DNA of 63,566 nt, the filler included, from Octopus bimaculoides (Eukaryota), in NCBI RefSeq assembly GCF_001194135.2. It is 8 parts of 8 records of this genome, joined end to end, with 100 filler letters (N's around TTAATTAATTAA, not from the genome) between each part and the next. Parts side by side here need not be neighbours in the genome. Positions count along the whole stretch, not along the records: positions 30,720 to 47,016 come from NC_068981.1; positions 47,117 to 57,396 come from NC_068989.1; 6 more parts are not named here. The stretch is one strand, 5' to 3'. A program made the position numbers and the translations under genes. The notes beneath the pieces are model-generated. The model ran no database searches, was not told the origin of the DNA, and saw only the letters and a program-made list of their open reading frames with translations. Shown one piece after another: positions 36,177 through 49,540 of the stretch (positions are counted from its first letter, which is position 1; the number at the start of each line of letters is the position of its first letter).

Positions 36177-36335
36177 TGAGATCTAGTTGTATTTCTTCGG
36201 GCGATATACGAGTGTTGTCTCCGTTAGTTTGAAATCGTCGACTTCAAGACCAGAGAAGACGGCTTTGAAATCGACGATTTAAAACTAACGGAGAAGACAC
36301 TCTTATATCGGCTGAGGAAACACAACTATATCTCA
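36177..36335. mobile_element. fold-back element with 71-bp inverted arms
   Basis: 36177-36247 versus 36265-36335: 10 mismatches in 71 bp; 17-nt spacer. Confidence 0.8.
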
Positions 36336-37127
36336 CTATTCAAACAAACAGTCGCATAATCCAAATACCTGCATTCTTGGCGAACTACGTTGCGTCGAAA
36401 CAACTGTAGCGAATAATAAATAAATGCGCAACAGTACACTGTGTTCGTGACTCCAATCTCTTCAATTTTATATTCACACACAACGAATGCCCAAACTTAA
36501 ACTTGGAAGTATATATCAACACTACCGATAGTACTGGGTGTTTCTGAAGGTGAACGAGCTTTATACTGTACCACGTTCTTAATGGACTATAACATAACTA
36601 CNNNNNNNNNNNNNNNNNNNNNNNNNNNNNNNNNNNNNNNNNNNNNNNNNNNNNNNNNNNNNNNNNNNNNNNNNNNNNNNNNNNNNNNNNNNNNNNNNNN
36701 NNNNNNNNNNNNNNNNNNNNNNNNNNNNNNNNNNNNNNNNNNNNNNNNNNNNNNNNNNNNNNNNNNNNNNNNNNNNNNNNNNNNNNNNNNNNNNNNNNNN
36801 NNNNNNNNNNNNNNNNNNNNNNNNNNNNNNNNNNNNNNNNNNNNNNNNNNNNNNNNNNNNNNNNNNNNNNNNNNNNNNNNNNNNNNNNNNNNNNNNNNNN
36901 NNNNNNNNNNNNNNNNNNNNNNNNNNNNNNNNNNNNNNNNNNNNNNNNNNNNNNNNNNNNNNNNNNNNNNNNNNNNNNNNNNNNNNNNNNNNNNNNNNNN
37001 NNNNNNNNNNNNNNNNNNNNNNNNNNNNNNNNNNNNNNNNNNNNNNNNNNNNNNNNNNNNNNNNNNNNNNNNNNNNNNNNNNNNNNNNNNNNNNNNNNNN
37101 NNNNNNNNNNNNNNNNNNNNNNNNNNN

Positions 37128-37178
<51 letters not shown>

Positions 37179-37604
37179 AAAGTTGTGGTGCAAATTATCT
37201 GAAACGGTGTACTGAAATTCGATGAATTACATCGGAGAAGATTGATTTTATTTATTTAAAAAGGTACAAAACAATAAAATTCGTTTTTCTTTTTATTCTT
37301 TGGGCGTCAGAAGAACTATGAACTGGTCGTTGACACGGCTGCACTGCAGCTTAGTGCATCTCTAAAATATTAGTTTTATTGATCAGACTCGTAGCTATCA
37401 TTTTGGGAATTGGAACACTTAATGTATGTTATACTGATAAATACATACAAACGTACATACATACATATATACATATATCCGCACAAATGTAAGCATAATT
37501 GTGTGCGTATATGTATATATATTTATATGCATGCATATATAAATAACAATAAGAACAACAACGATGATGATGATGATGAGGAGGAGGAGGAGGAGGAGGA
37601 GGAA

Positions 37605-38084
37605 TGCCCTCATGCAGTACCAGACAGTGGCTCTCATGGCTTCTGATCTTAACTTGTTGCAAGTGTTATCATGTACATGTTTTGCTTTGGTGTATAAAAG
37701 ATGGCGTACAGCGAATATTCCGTTCAGTTTCAGAAATTTGCTTGTCAGTTGCTTGACCTTCACCAGTTGAGCATGTCCTTTAGTGATTGACAAAATGTGC
37801 AACTCTGTTGGCAAGCACGAAAAATGGATGTTTCGTTCATAATCCTTAAACAAACTTAATTCAGAGACTTGCTGAGAGGGAATGGGTACCCAAATCTGAA
37901 GAAAATTCTATGTGGGCCTCACTTGCAAAGAAGCTGTTTATCTTCATACGAAATCAACATGTCATATGGTGGTGATGCATGTGCCTGGTGTACGCTTATC
38001 GGACAGGTAGTCATGGTGAGTATTTTGGGCTTCGTATATTTGTACCGCAATGTCATTTTGATGGCATGCGCTACTCTCTCACTC
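37605..38084. mobile_element. about 480-bp non-coding element embedded in a triplet-repeat array
   Basis: Complex sequence with sharp edges between (AAC/GAT/GAG)n on the left and (AAT)n on the right; no tRNA boxes, terminal repeats or credible ORF. Confidence 0.45.
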
Positions 38085-38149
<65 letters not shown>

Positions 38150-38224
38150 GGATAATAATGATCCTTTCTACAATAGGTACAAGGCCTGAAATTTGGTGAT
38201 GGGGAATAGTCTATTATATCACAG

Positions 38225-38559
38225 AAGATCGAAGAGCTTGGTTGGGAAAAAATTCCTCATCCACCTTATTCTCCCGACTTTGCTCCTTCAGACTACCATT
38301 TGCTTCGTAGTTTACAGAATCATTTGGGGGACATCACTTTTGCAAGCCAGGAGGAGGTCGAAACTGACATTTCAGAGTTCTTCGCTTTGAAACCAAAAGA
38401 GTTTTACATTGATGGGATTAAAACACTTGTAAATAGATGGAAGGAAATCAAAGATAATCAGGGAAAGTACATTGATGATTAAATTTCAATTAAATATAAG
38501 ATTTGATCATTTGTTTTCTTTATTCAACATTCGGACAGAACTTATGGGATGACCTAATA
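38225..38559 (+). mobile_element. mariner 3' fragment with terminal repeat
   Basis: WEKIPHPPYSPDFAPSDYHLLRSLQNHL...GIKTLVNRWKEIKDNQGKYIDD*; ends AACTTATGGGATGACCTAA|TA. Confidence 0.9.
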
Positions 38560-39831
38560 TTTGGTTGATGCTCAGTTTAAAATGGAAAAAGAGATGGGTA
38601 CTACGTTTCGAGTATGGCTCTTTGTCAGAAAGAGAAAAGGGGTCCGGAGAGAAGGAGAAAATGGTGGAAGAGAAGCATGTGTGTAGTTACATACACATAC
38701 ATACATATACACACACGCATACACACACACATATGGATATACAAATGTATGTATGTTTTGTTTATTTGTCTATATATATACACCTAGGCGTAGGAATTTA
38801 AATCTAGTAATATGTATGTATTTATACATGTCTCATGTATTTGCGCATGCTTAATTTTGCGTGTATATTCGTATGTTTACAAACAGAATGATAAAAATAC
38901 GAATACATGTTCATATGTTTCTAGGATTATCTGCGTATTTGTTTCCGCGTATGCGTATGTATCTTTATTTACGGATATGTTAGCTTGGGTGAGTGTATAT
39001 ATTTCCTATTCCGTTACTGGGCTTGCCTCTAAAGCCTAGTGACTTAGAATTTGACACCTTCTTTAAAAAAAAAAAAAAGAAAAAGAGAATAGAGAGTCGA
39101 TGTATTTACATCCCGTCTCTGAATAGCAAGACATATGAAAATTAACTTAGCCATTCTTCAAGCACATAATCTCAAGCAAGCACGCGCGCTTTCACACACA
39201 CACACACACNNNNNNNNNNNNNNNNNNNNNNNNNNNNNNNNNNNNNNNNNNNNNNNNNNNNNNNNNNNNNNNNNNNNNNNNNNNNNNNNNNNNNNNNNNN
39301 NNNNNNNNNNNNNNNNNNNNNNNNNNNNNNNNNNNNNNNNNNNNNNNNNNNNNNNNNNNNNNNNNNNNNNNNNNNNNNNNNNNNNNNNNNNNNNNNNNNN
39401 NNNNNNNNNNNNNNNNNNNNNNNNNNNNNNNNNNNNNNNNNNNNNNNNNNNNNNNNNNNNNNNNNNNNNNNNNNNNNNNNNNNNNNNNNNNNNNNNNNNN
39501 NNNNNNNNNNNNNNNNNNNNNNNNNNNNNNNNNNNNNNNNNNNNNNNNNNNNNNNNNNNNNNNNNNNNNNNNNNNNNNNNNNNNNNNNNNNNNNNNNNNN
39601 NNNNNNNNNNNNNNNNNNNNNNNNNNNNNNNNNNNNNNNNNNNNNNNNNNNNNNNNNNNNNNNNNNNNNNNNNNNNNNNNNNNNNNNNNNNNNNNNNNNN
39701 NNNNNNNNNNNNNNNNNNNNNNNNNNNNNNNNNNNNNNNNNNNNNNNNNNNNNNNNNNNNNNNNNNNNNNNNNNNNNNNNNNNNNNNNNNNNNNNNNNNN
39801 NNNNNNNNNNNNNNNNNNNNNNNNNNNNNNN

Positions 39832-39883
<52 letters not shown>

Positions 39884-40960
39884 CATACGAATATGCAGAC
39901 AAATACACAAGTAGTGTGAAAATCCACCTCAAAGCTTTTATTATGAAACGTAAAAAGTATTCCAGCATTCTCTATATCTTTTTGTCACTGCCAAAAATTA
40001 TTTCGGATGTTGCATACATGTATGTGCGTATGTATGCATGCATGTATGTATGTATGTATGTATGTATGTATGTATGTATGTATGCATGTACTTATGGTCT
40101 GTTCATTTTGTTCTTTATTCATTGTAATATGCTTATCAGAAGGAGTAGGTTTCTAACTTAGAAACCAGCCCGTGTCTCGTTGTCTGGAATTAAGATAACA
40201 ATAGCAGTTACATATATTGAACGTTAGACAAGTCTTCCTTTTGCTTTTACAGATTGAATTTACAGAACACATGAAGATGGTATTATATTTTGCCTGAAAA
40301 TTCCAGCTTTTCGTTATTATTACTCAGACGCTAACTATCATACACAAATACAACAATGATTTCCGGTACAAATGTAAATGTATAGTACGGTTTTTCGAAA
40401 AGCAGTTATCCATATATCTTTGGTTGTTTTGTTCTTTTGGACTAACTGTGAATGAAATGTTCACATTTGTTTGGCAGCTAACCTTTAAAAGAATCATACA
40501 TGATATTTTTCTTTCTTTTACTTCTGTTCCGAAGTGGAACCCTTGATTATTGTGTTCGAACAATATCGTTTTTATCGGTAGGTATATAACTTTAGAAGCA
40601 TTACTTTGATCTAGCTAATCCTATCTACGGATGACAATAAATACTGGGATGTGAGATATGTGATGAAGGTTTTTTTTTTTTTTTTGGCATGGATTAATCA
40701 AAATAACACTTTGAGTGTTGATGACTTCGGTTGCTGTAAGCAATGAAACGTATAACGCTACGTAGAAAGTCGAGAGAAATTTCTGAAAATCTATGTTTCT
40801 TTGTGTCCATTAACTTAAGAAGAAAGATGCTGGCTCACAGGCTAACACCTCCCTCATCTATAACCGTTCTCTGTTAAAAAGCGAGAACTAGAAATATTCT
40901 TTTCCGTTACCACAGTAATTAATTGAATTGATATTCAACCAATTCAATCATTCAATAGTA

Positions 40961-41182
40961 CAGGGTGTCCACAAAGTCTGGGTACATGGAGTAAATAAAA
41001 TCATGACATAAACAATATTTTAATCGAGTTCACCTGAATTTTGTAAGACGCATCAAGTTATGCATTGAAAATGAAGGAAATCATTTTGAAAATATTATTT
41101 ATTAACATTATAATTAAATAAAATTGTCTTGTTTTAAAAGTATGTGTTAATCCCCATGTACCCAGACTTTGTGGACACCCTG
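40961..41182 (+). mobile_element. internally deleted Tc1/mariner element (MITE)
   Basis: TA|CAGGGTGTCCACAAAGTCTGGGTACATGG and CCATGTACCCAGACTTTGTGGACACCCTG|TA perfect terminal repeats; internal RIKLCIENEGNHFENII* transposase C-terminus. Confidence 0.9.
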
Positions 41183-41440
41183 TATATTACGGAGAGTATT
41201 ATATAAGTACATCAATGAAATTTGGGGTAGCCATTGCTTTTACATTTAATGGCTTCTGCACATTTGTGATATTACCCATATTTTCACATCACACTTGCTA
41301 AATCACTTCACAGTTTCTTTTGTTCAAATGCTTCCTTGCATCAGTATTCTTTTAGGTTCCAAATGCATACATTTAAAAATGCAACGTGTAATATATAATA
41401 TATATGCGCGCGCGCGTGTGTGTGTGTGTTTGTGTGTGTG

Positions 41441-41740
41441 TGAAGGCGCATGGCTTAGTGGTTAGAGCATCGAGCTTACGATGCTCGTGAGGCTGGGAGT
41501 TCGATTCCTGGACCGGGCTGAGTGTTGTGTTCTTGAGCAAGACACTTTATTTCACGTTGCTCCAATTAACTCAGCTGTAGAAATGAGTTGTGACGTCACT
41601 GGTGCCAAGCTGTGTCGGCCTTTGCCTTTCCCTTGAATAACATCAGTTGTGTGGCGAGGGGAGCCTTCCACAAACAACCTTGCTGGGTAACTGTCTAGGT
41701 GCAATCTCATGGTCATTCATGACCGAAGGGGGTCTCCTCC
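41441..41740 (+). mobile_element. tRNA-headed SINE type B with tail Z
   Basis: TGGCTTAGTGGTTAG...GTTCGATTCC...GTGTTCTTGAGCAAGACACTTTATTTCACGTTGCTCCA...CAGCTG; tail unlike X or Y. Confidence 0.85.
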
Positions 41741-41744
41741 TATA

Positions 41745-41779
<35 letters not shown>

Positions 41780-42579
41780 GGAAACTTCACGGTCAGTGTC
41801 TTGAGAAACTTCAGGTGTTCATTATTAATTGATAATAAATACAAATGCACACATACTCACATAGGTACATATAGATGTATAGATGTATTAATGCATACAT
41901 ATAAATACACACATACATACATTTAATATACATATGGCTACACACAGATGTATATACGTGTATGCATGAATATGTTTATACATGCATGCATATGTATTTA
42001 TTTGTTCATCCAAACATTTTTCATATGCATGATGTATATTTTTATATACACTTTACGTCGACATATGGTTTAAATATGTATACATTAGACACTTTAACCA
42101 TATGAATGCCTTTTTTATGTCTCTACCATAAAAAAGACACCCACATGTTCATATACATGTATATACATACTTGTATATACAGTAAAATTGTTATGCACAC
42201 ACCCACCCACACTCTCACACACACACATTCACTGATCAAAAACATACACACATTCAAAGTAAGGAACGTCAAAATATCGTTATAATAATCACCAGTAAGC
42301 TTTATCTTGTCGTCCCTGAAGCCGTAATGAAAAACGTAATACTCGATGAAAAGCTTAGACACTTTTCTTTTTTTTTTTCCTTAATAGCTGCTGCATTTAA
42401 ATACCTATGTTTTTGTAGTTTCCTTTTAAATTTCAGATGAGCAATACCGATCAATTAAATAAACGAATTTTATAAATTTTTATGAGAGAATGAAAGCCGG
42501 GTGAAATTAAAAAAAAAAGGGAAATTGAATAATTCCCCGCTGATTTATATAACACTTTAACGCGAAGTTTAAAATGTAC

Positions 42580-42614
<35 letters not shown>

Positions 42615-43734
42615 NNNNNNNNNNNNNNNNNNNNNNNNNNNNNNNNNNNNNNNNNNNNNNNNNNNNNNNNNNNNNNNNNNNNNNNNNNNNNNNNNNNNNN
42701 NNNNNNNNNNNNNNNNNNNNNNNNNNNNNNNNNNNNNNNNNNNNNNNNNNNNNNNNNNNNNNNNNNNNNNNNNNNNNNNNNNNNNNNNNNNNNNNNNNNN
42801 NNNNNNNNNNNNNNNNNNNNNNNNNNNNNNNNNNNNNNNNNNNNNNNNNNNNNNNNNNNNNNNNNNNNNNNNNNNNNNNNNNNNNNNNNNNNNNNNNNNN
42901 NNNNTTATTGCAAATTTTAATAGAGTTTCTGTCAAGAAGAAATAAAAATTTGAAATAGATTCCTTATCATTTTACCTCAAAAGATGTTCGTGATTATCTT
43001 TCCTTCTTTTTTTTTCTTCATTTATTTATTTTATTTATTATTATTATTAATTTTTTTTTTCATAAACAAAAATTTGAGAAAGAAAAGATAATGCAGCAGT
43101 GGATAGTATAAATTCTATAGAAACTAATAGTTTTGTATTGGCACTTCAGTCTTTTAAAATTTCCCTGAAACAGTAGATTATATATATATATTTTTTTTTT
43201 TTTAACGCTTCCAGCATAATTCTGTGATCCGACAACAACAAAAGATTTGAAGATTTTCACGAAAATAAATCTTTTATGAAACCACAACTTAGGAGGATTC
43301 TTATCATAATTATGCGTAACTGAATTGTTCTTTTCAATTATTTGACTTCTTCAAATAAATGCAGAAGAGCTCATAAGAGGAGATAAATGAAAAAGAGTTG
43401 ATACACAATGAAAGAATTATTAATAGTGAAATATGGCTTTTTTTTTTTTCTCCTTGTCTAACATAAAATCATAAAAGAAAGGAAATTTCAATGATATCAA
43501 AGTTAATCAAGTGATTAAGTTTTTATTTATTTATATTGCTAATATTTCTTGTCTGAAAATTTAACCTGAGGTTGAATGTAGATCGGAAATTATTTATAGG
43601 CATTTTAGTAACCTAATATCGATTTCTGTCTGTTGATTAAACGCAAGTTCAGTTTTTGAAGAGATGGAATATATTTGATTAAATTGAACCAATAACTTAT
43701 TTTAATGATTTGGAGAGGTTGTTGTTTAACCCCA

Positions 43735-43925
43735 GGTCATCTCCGTTAGAGCAGACTTATAGTCAAAAGCTCTCTACTCGTGACCATTCCGTCTTTTACT
43801 CAGTATTAGTGTATCTGGGATTACATTATCCTATACAATCTTTTATTCAAGACTGTTGAATATAACTTGAGTAAGATTTGGTTTCTGTTTCTAGTTAACC
43901 AAGCGACCCTGTAGTAGTCCTGTTC
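43735..43925 (+). mobile_element. dispersed repeat family E
   Basis: Diverged homology to 35608-35795 in opposite orientation. Confidence 0.5.
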
Positions 43926-43974
43926 AATGAACGGCACATCTTTGCTAATGATTAAATATTCTTTCTACTGCAAT

Positions 43975-44221
43975 GCACAAGGCCTGAAATTTCAGGGGAA
44001 GGGTGCTAGTCGATTATATCGATTCCAGTGCTGAATTAGTATTTATTTGATCGAGTGGCTGTGGGGTAAGTAGCTTGCTTACCAACCACATGGTTCCGGG
44101 TTCAGTCCCACTGCGTGGCACCTTGGGCAAGTGTCTTCTACTATAGACTCGGACCGACCCGACCAAAGCCTTGTGAGTGGATTTAGTAGACGAAAACTGA
44201 AAGAAGCCTACCGTATATATG

Positions 44222-44266
<45 letters not shown>

Positions 44267-44595
44267 TTGTGTTTGTACCCCTAACATCGCTTGACAACCG
44301 ATGCTGGTGTGTTTACGTCCCCGTAACTTAGCGGTTCGGCAAAACAGACCAATAGAATAAGTACTAGGCTTACAAAGNNNNNNNNNNTCTTGGGGTCGAT
44401 TTGCTCGACTAAAGGCGGTGCTCCAGCATGGCCACAGTCAAATGACTGAAACAAGTAAAAGAGTAAAAGAGAGTAAAGAGATCCAGAAAGAAAGAAAGAA
44501 AGAAAGAAAGGAAGAAAGAAAGAAAGGAAAGCAGGGTTGAACTCAGAACGTAAAACCTGAAGAAATGCCGGTAAGTATTTTGTGTAGCGTGTTAA
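43975..44595 (-). mobile_element. SINE D split by an inserted SINE C (D pieces about 43975-44052 and 44533-44595)
   Basis: D sequence stops at ATTTATTTGATC and resumes as GGTTGAACTCAGAACGTAAA after the C copy and (AAAG)n. Confidence 0.7.
44053..44480 (+). mobile_element. CORE-like SINE family C, near full length
   Basis: Near-identical to 6688-7087. Confidence 0.9.
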
Positions 44596-44637
44596 CAATT
44601 TGTTAATGATTTGATATTAGAATAGTTAAAGTTTATA

Positions 44638-45040
44638 TTAGGCTGTTCGAAAAATAACGGCCGATTTAAAAAAAATAAGCTTACATTCTTGAAGCACTGA
44701 ACTTATACAAAAGTTTAATTATTCAAAATTTGATCCCTGAACAGCTGTGCATTTCTCCCATCGATTAACAAGATCATTTATGCTTCTTCGATAAAAATTC
44801 ATAAGTTTTGATGCCATAAAAATCCTTCAATCCAGTTTCAAACTTGGTTTTGGAACAGAAGGTATTTTTTTGCCTTAAAAACGTGTCTAGATTCTTGAAA
44901 AAGTGGTAGTCGGTGGGTGAAGTATAAGGAAAATATGGAGGATGTGATAAAGTCTCGTATTCTAAGTCTGTGAGCTTCTGCAGTGCCATCCTGGAACCTG
45001 CGATCGAGCGTTGTCGCGGAGTAGAATTGGAACACGACGA
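44638..45040 (-). mobile_element. mariner 3' fragment with terminal repeat
   Basis: LQKLTDLEYETLSHPPYFPYTSPTDYHFFKNLDTFL; terminus TA|TTAGGCTGTTCGAAAAATAACGGCCGATTT. Confidence 0.85.
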
Positions 45041-46502
45041 TTAATAAGTGCAGGTCTCATTCCTGTAGGGAATTGATAATCTTAAGTTTCTGATTTCTTT
45101 ACGATTACCAAAGGAACATCAGCTGCTCAGGGTTTATTTATGACTTCTTTAATGAAGGTATCCCAGCATGACCATAACTCATAAGATGAAACTAGCAGAC
45201 GGAAATAATAGTCCTTTGTATAGATATGACTCTTCTGAATTCGCTAACTCTGTTTCATCCATAGAATGCCAAACAGTATACCTACATTTTGATCTTCTCT
45301 TATCTGTTATATATCGCTGTTCGCACACACTGTACCACTGTTCACACCTACTTTTTCCATTCATGTTTCCTCAGAACTGCACTCTAAGGAAATTAACTAA
45401 AGCCCCTCATTATCTTTCCAGTCCCTAGCCTGTTATTGCTTGAAACCAAAAATTCAAAACGCTAACTACACAATTATTTTTCTCTCTAATATAGGTAAGG
45501 CCTTCAAAACTGTAGAATCTATTGCTTCTCATGTTCTAATGAACGAAAATCAAATCTACTGGAATGGAAGAATTTTATAAATCTTTTCCAATGTGAAAAT
45601 GTCTCCTAGAACTATAGTTAGCTTCTACTAAAGTTAAGATAATAGAAGATATGTTTCTCCTAGTTAAAACTATAAGCTATTACAGTTTAAATTGACAGAT
45701 GGGCAAGTAGTTAGTTATTTTAAAATATTGTGGACAGCAGAAAGAAGTGTGAAAAACAAGCAAATAACACAATACAACGGGCAGGTTTTGAGATATAGCT
45801 CATTAGTCAAGATGTATGAAATTGGGGTTATTTACGAGAATAGGCCATGATGAGAAGAAAACTCTAATGGTTCGTGCTGGACACTGCATTAGAGAACAGA
45901 TAAGTGATTTTTATGCAACGTAAAACCGCAGAATGTCACGTAATTCTTTTCTCTCATTAAGAACACTGCTCAAAATAATAGATGTTCCTTTCCTCTCATG
46001 ATTCAACTACACACCAACAGATATATATTCCATACGTATTTATTTCTCAACTAAGTCCTACCACCACAAGAAATCGCTAATAAACTATTGATCACCCACA
46101 ATTTGAGAAAAATCTGTTTATGTATCTAACCAGATAGGTCTGACCTATAATCTAAACCTCTAATATCCATTCAGAAAGTGCCACTGTCGCATGAAATTGC
46201 CTTTATATACAAAGAAACGTGAAAGAAACTAAAAATAACTGATACAGCCAACATAACTAAGTACTAAAAACTTGATCACTAATGATTAGTACCTCTCCAG
46301 CGCTGTAAGGCAGTTCTTATTGGAAAGTTTCTGGATATTAAGTATAAGGCAACATTGTTAGTGTAGCGGTACAAAACGAATGTTGAATCAATTGAAAGTA
46401 AACTTGTTATAAGAGGGAAAATCTTTAACGCTGATGTAAGTGACAGAGTTGCCAGTGACGGGAATCTCATCTTCTCAAAATCGCTCTCAGATCTAGTTGA
46501 TA

Positions 46503-46576
46503 GTTGCTTGGTTGCTGGTTGCTTGGTTGCTGGTTGCTTGGTTGCTGGTTGCTTGGTTGCTGGCTGCTTGGTTGCT
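46503..46576 (+). repeat. 15-bp tandem repeat GTTGCTTGGTTGCTG, about 5 copies
   Basis: Direct reading; higher-order 8+7 structure. Confidence 0.9.
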
Positions 46577-46944
46577 TTGTCGGTTACTTGGCTAGTTCGA
46601 AGACAATAACGACTGACAAAATAAGGTCAAAATGAGGAGCTCAGTTAACCCAAGACAGAAATTTTATTTGCATAGCAAGGTGAAGACTACTTCATTTGTA
46701 CCGACAAGTACTTGATACCCTACAGAAATGCGAGAATCTTGCCAAAATTTCATACAAATAAATCTGAAGTTTTCCGAGCTCTCCTCATCTCTCAGTAGCA
46801 GGAATCAATCAATACGTGCAATAAAATAGTAATATATTTGAACCAAAATACTTTCCAACAGATGCTATTGTTGGCCAAAACAAAAAGATGCTATTGGCTG
46901 TATACAAGAGAAGTGGTTGGCTATGTAGAGGGCTGGCTAGTTAG

Positions 46945-47016
<72 letters not shown>

Positions 47017-47129
47017 NNNNNNNNNNNNNNNNNNNNNNNNNNNNNNNNNNNNNNNNNNNNTTAATTAATTAANNNNNNNNNNNNNNNNNNNNNNNNNNNN
47101 NNNNNNNNNNNNNNNNTTATTTAACAAAC

Positions 47130-47385
47130 TGTGACACTAAGGACCGAGGTTACCGTGGTCTTTTCGTAGGTTTTTCTTTCCACGGATAACCTCCCCATTT
47201 ATCGGGAATTTCTGTATTATTTCGTATTTTTTGTAAATACCCCAAACGTTTTGCGATGTTTTTTTTTCATCGTTGTCCCCACTTTTGTTTTTTTTTCTGC
47301 TTTATATTCGCCCCCCTCGAAAAGAAAAAACTCTACATTTGTATTTTGTCCCCTCTGTGTTGAGCCCTGTGTGGTTAATAAAGAA

Positions 47386-47387
<2 letters not shown>
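47130..47387 (+). mobile_element. 3' end of retroposon-like family with (CTAT)n tail and a 13-bp hairpin
   Basis: GAGGTTACCGTGG...CCACGGATAACCTC stem; AATAAA then (CTAT)n; second copy at 16641-16697. Confidence 0.6.
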
Positions 47388-47436
<49 letters not shown>

Positions 47437-48046
47437 CGTCTATCCATCAATATATCTAACTATTTATCTATCTAGGAAGAGAGGGAGAGAACACGGGAAA
47501 TACATACATAGTTCGACACACTAACAAATGTTTGTTTGCATGTTTAATCATATATAGTGGCTCCGATTTATGTAGAAAATCTGTGCAGATAACTAATACA
47601 GGTAGGACACAGAATTAAATTATACGCTTTTCATGTACTTGGTAGTATATTACGGCTGGAAAATGAAATACGACGTTCCTACGAGTAATTAATATGTACG
47701 TACCAGTTGCCAGTAAAGTGTGTAATATATAAAATTGGTATATCTAATTGTATAACAAAGCTATATCTGGTGGCTATTTAAGCAATGTATAAATGGATAG
47801 CTAATGGTTTGGATGTGCCGCAGAAGAAGGGACATTAGATACTGCAACATGCGTGTGCACCCATTAGTTTGTTTTTAAATCCTCGATCGCATTGTTTACA
47901 TAGATGTATTCGTATAGAAAAAGAGGCAACATTCAGTGCTAGCACCAATGTCTGAGGAAGATCTGTAGAGATGACTTTAAAACGTTACACACACATACAT
48001 GCATACACACGCACACACATATACACACCTATATAAATATACATAG

Positions 48047-48100
<54 letters not shown>

Positions 48101-49115
48101 GTGCTGTCATGTGCACGAGTACGTATGTAAGTGTGATAAGTTAAGCATTTTGATGTTGCTAAGAACATATGTATACCCAGACATGTATTCTATGTCCATT
48201 ATGCATTTATATACTCTGCATTTGTATTTTAGTATTGCTATTTCCTCTCCGTTGTACTAAAAAGTTTGCAAGACAGATTACGATTTTAATATAGAATTGC
48301 TTTAGTTTTCTCTATACGACACAATATAATAATGGATTACATTGAGATGGATAATGGAATCCTGAGGCTGTGGGCTCCATTAATGAACAACGCAACATTT
48401 TTTTAATATTTCTTGCTATTTCACTTCATTTTGCTGCAAGAAATTACTGCTGACAGTAGAAAACGTGTTAAAACTAGGAAGCAAGATCTAAACCATTGCT
48501 TTCCTATATGTAGAATGAAACGTAGAGACGTTCACGCATATACATACTCATGTGAGTCTCTTTGTCTCGAAATTAATCTATGAGAACATATAAATATTAG
48601 ATGGAAAATCTCAAAGACTACACATAAGACTTGAACCTACTCCTTCAGAAGTCAGAGACCTTTAACTATTGGACAAGATCAATACTTCTAATATCTCCGT
48701 ACGTTTTAGAAATTTGTAGGAAGAATTTTATAAACGTTCGAGAAAAGGTAAAATAAATTTTGAAGGAATAGTATATCTCCAAACAAACATGAAGCTGTAA
48801 ATAAGAACATGTATATTTTGCGATTACAAATTCCTTGAATTTGCTGTCATGAACGAAAGTAGAGTAGATATCAATGTGAAGGCTAAAAGAAAAGATAATT
48901 TGTTTAAGCGGCCCAACACCCGAACCACTAAGAAACTGAATAGTTTAGCATTGAAATACGTATTGGTGACTTGCAGAAATATCCCATCCTAACACTTGTA
49001 TGAAAATCTCCCAATGCTGACTCCGTAAAAGGTTTAGGATATTTGAGAAAATTAAGGATGATTTTTCCTCCAAGTTGCAACATATTTTCTTTGATAATAA
49101 TGAGTTCTGCTATTG

Positions 49116-49540
49116 AAACACGGCCTGAGGTATCGGCGGAAAGGCTAATCAATGTAATCTACCCCTGCACTCAACTAATATTTACTTTATCGACTCCAAA
49201 ATGATAAAAGCGAAAACGATCTCAGCGGAAATTCGAACTCAGAAAGTAAAGAAGGACGAAATAATGATAAGTCTTTTGTCTGCAGTGTTAACGATTCTGC
49301 TAGCTCACTCATTTTATGTCTGCTAATAATAACGATGGTTTCTAATTTAGGCGGGTGTCCAGAGATATCATAGTTGAGATACGTCGATTAAATGGACCCC
49401 ATTGATCAACTGGTACTGTTTTTTTTATCGATCCTGAGTTCACAATAGGTAAAGATGACTTCGGCCGAATTTGAATTCACAATTTAAAAACCTGATAAGT
49501 GGTGCTAAGCATTTTGTCCGGCGTGCTAACGATTTCCCTA
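49116..49540 (-). mobile_element. two adjacent SINE D copies (about 49116-49310 and 49345-49540); another at about 53048-53220
   Basis: Repeated TTTATCGA...GAATTTGAA(C/T)TCA..A...GCTAACGATT motifs. Confidence 0.75.

Noticed and set aside
36370-36412. CGAAAC-AACT-GTA hammerhead 3' half
   Set aside because: The upstream core needs several changes and stem II does not pair.
40324-40563. NISFTVSPKEQNNQ as a Penelope RT fragment
   Set aside because: Only a short resemblance to 'IKFTME.E.NNQLPFLD'; neighbouring motifs are absent.
48928-49152. Minus-strand ORF or exon
   Set aside because: The acceptor lies at the edge of a SINE D copy with a poor pyrimidine tract; no homology.
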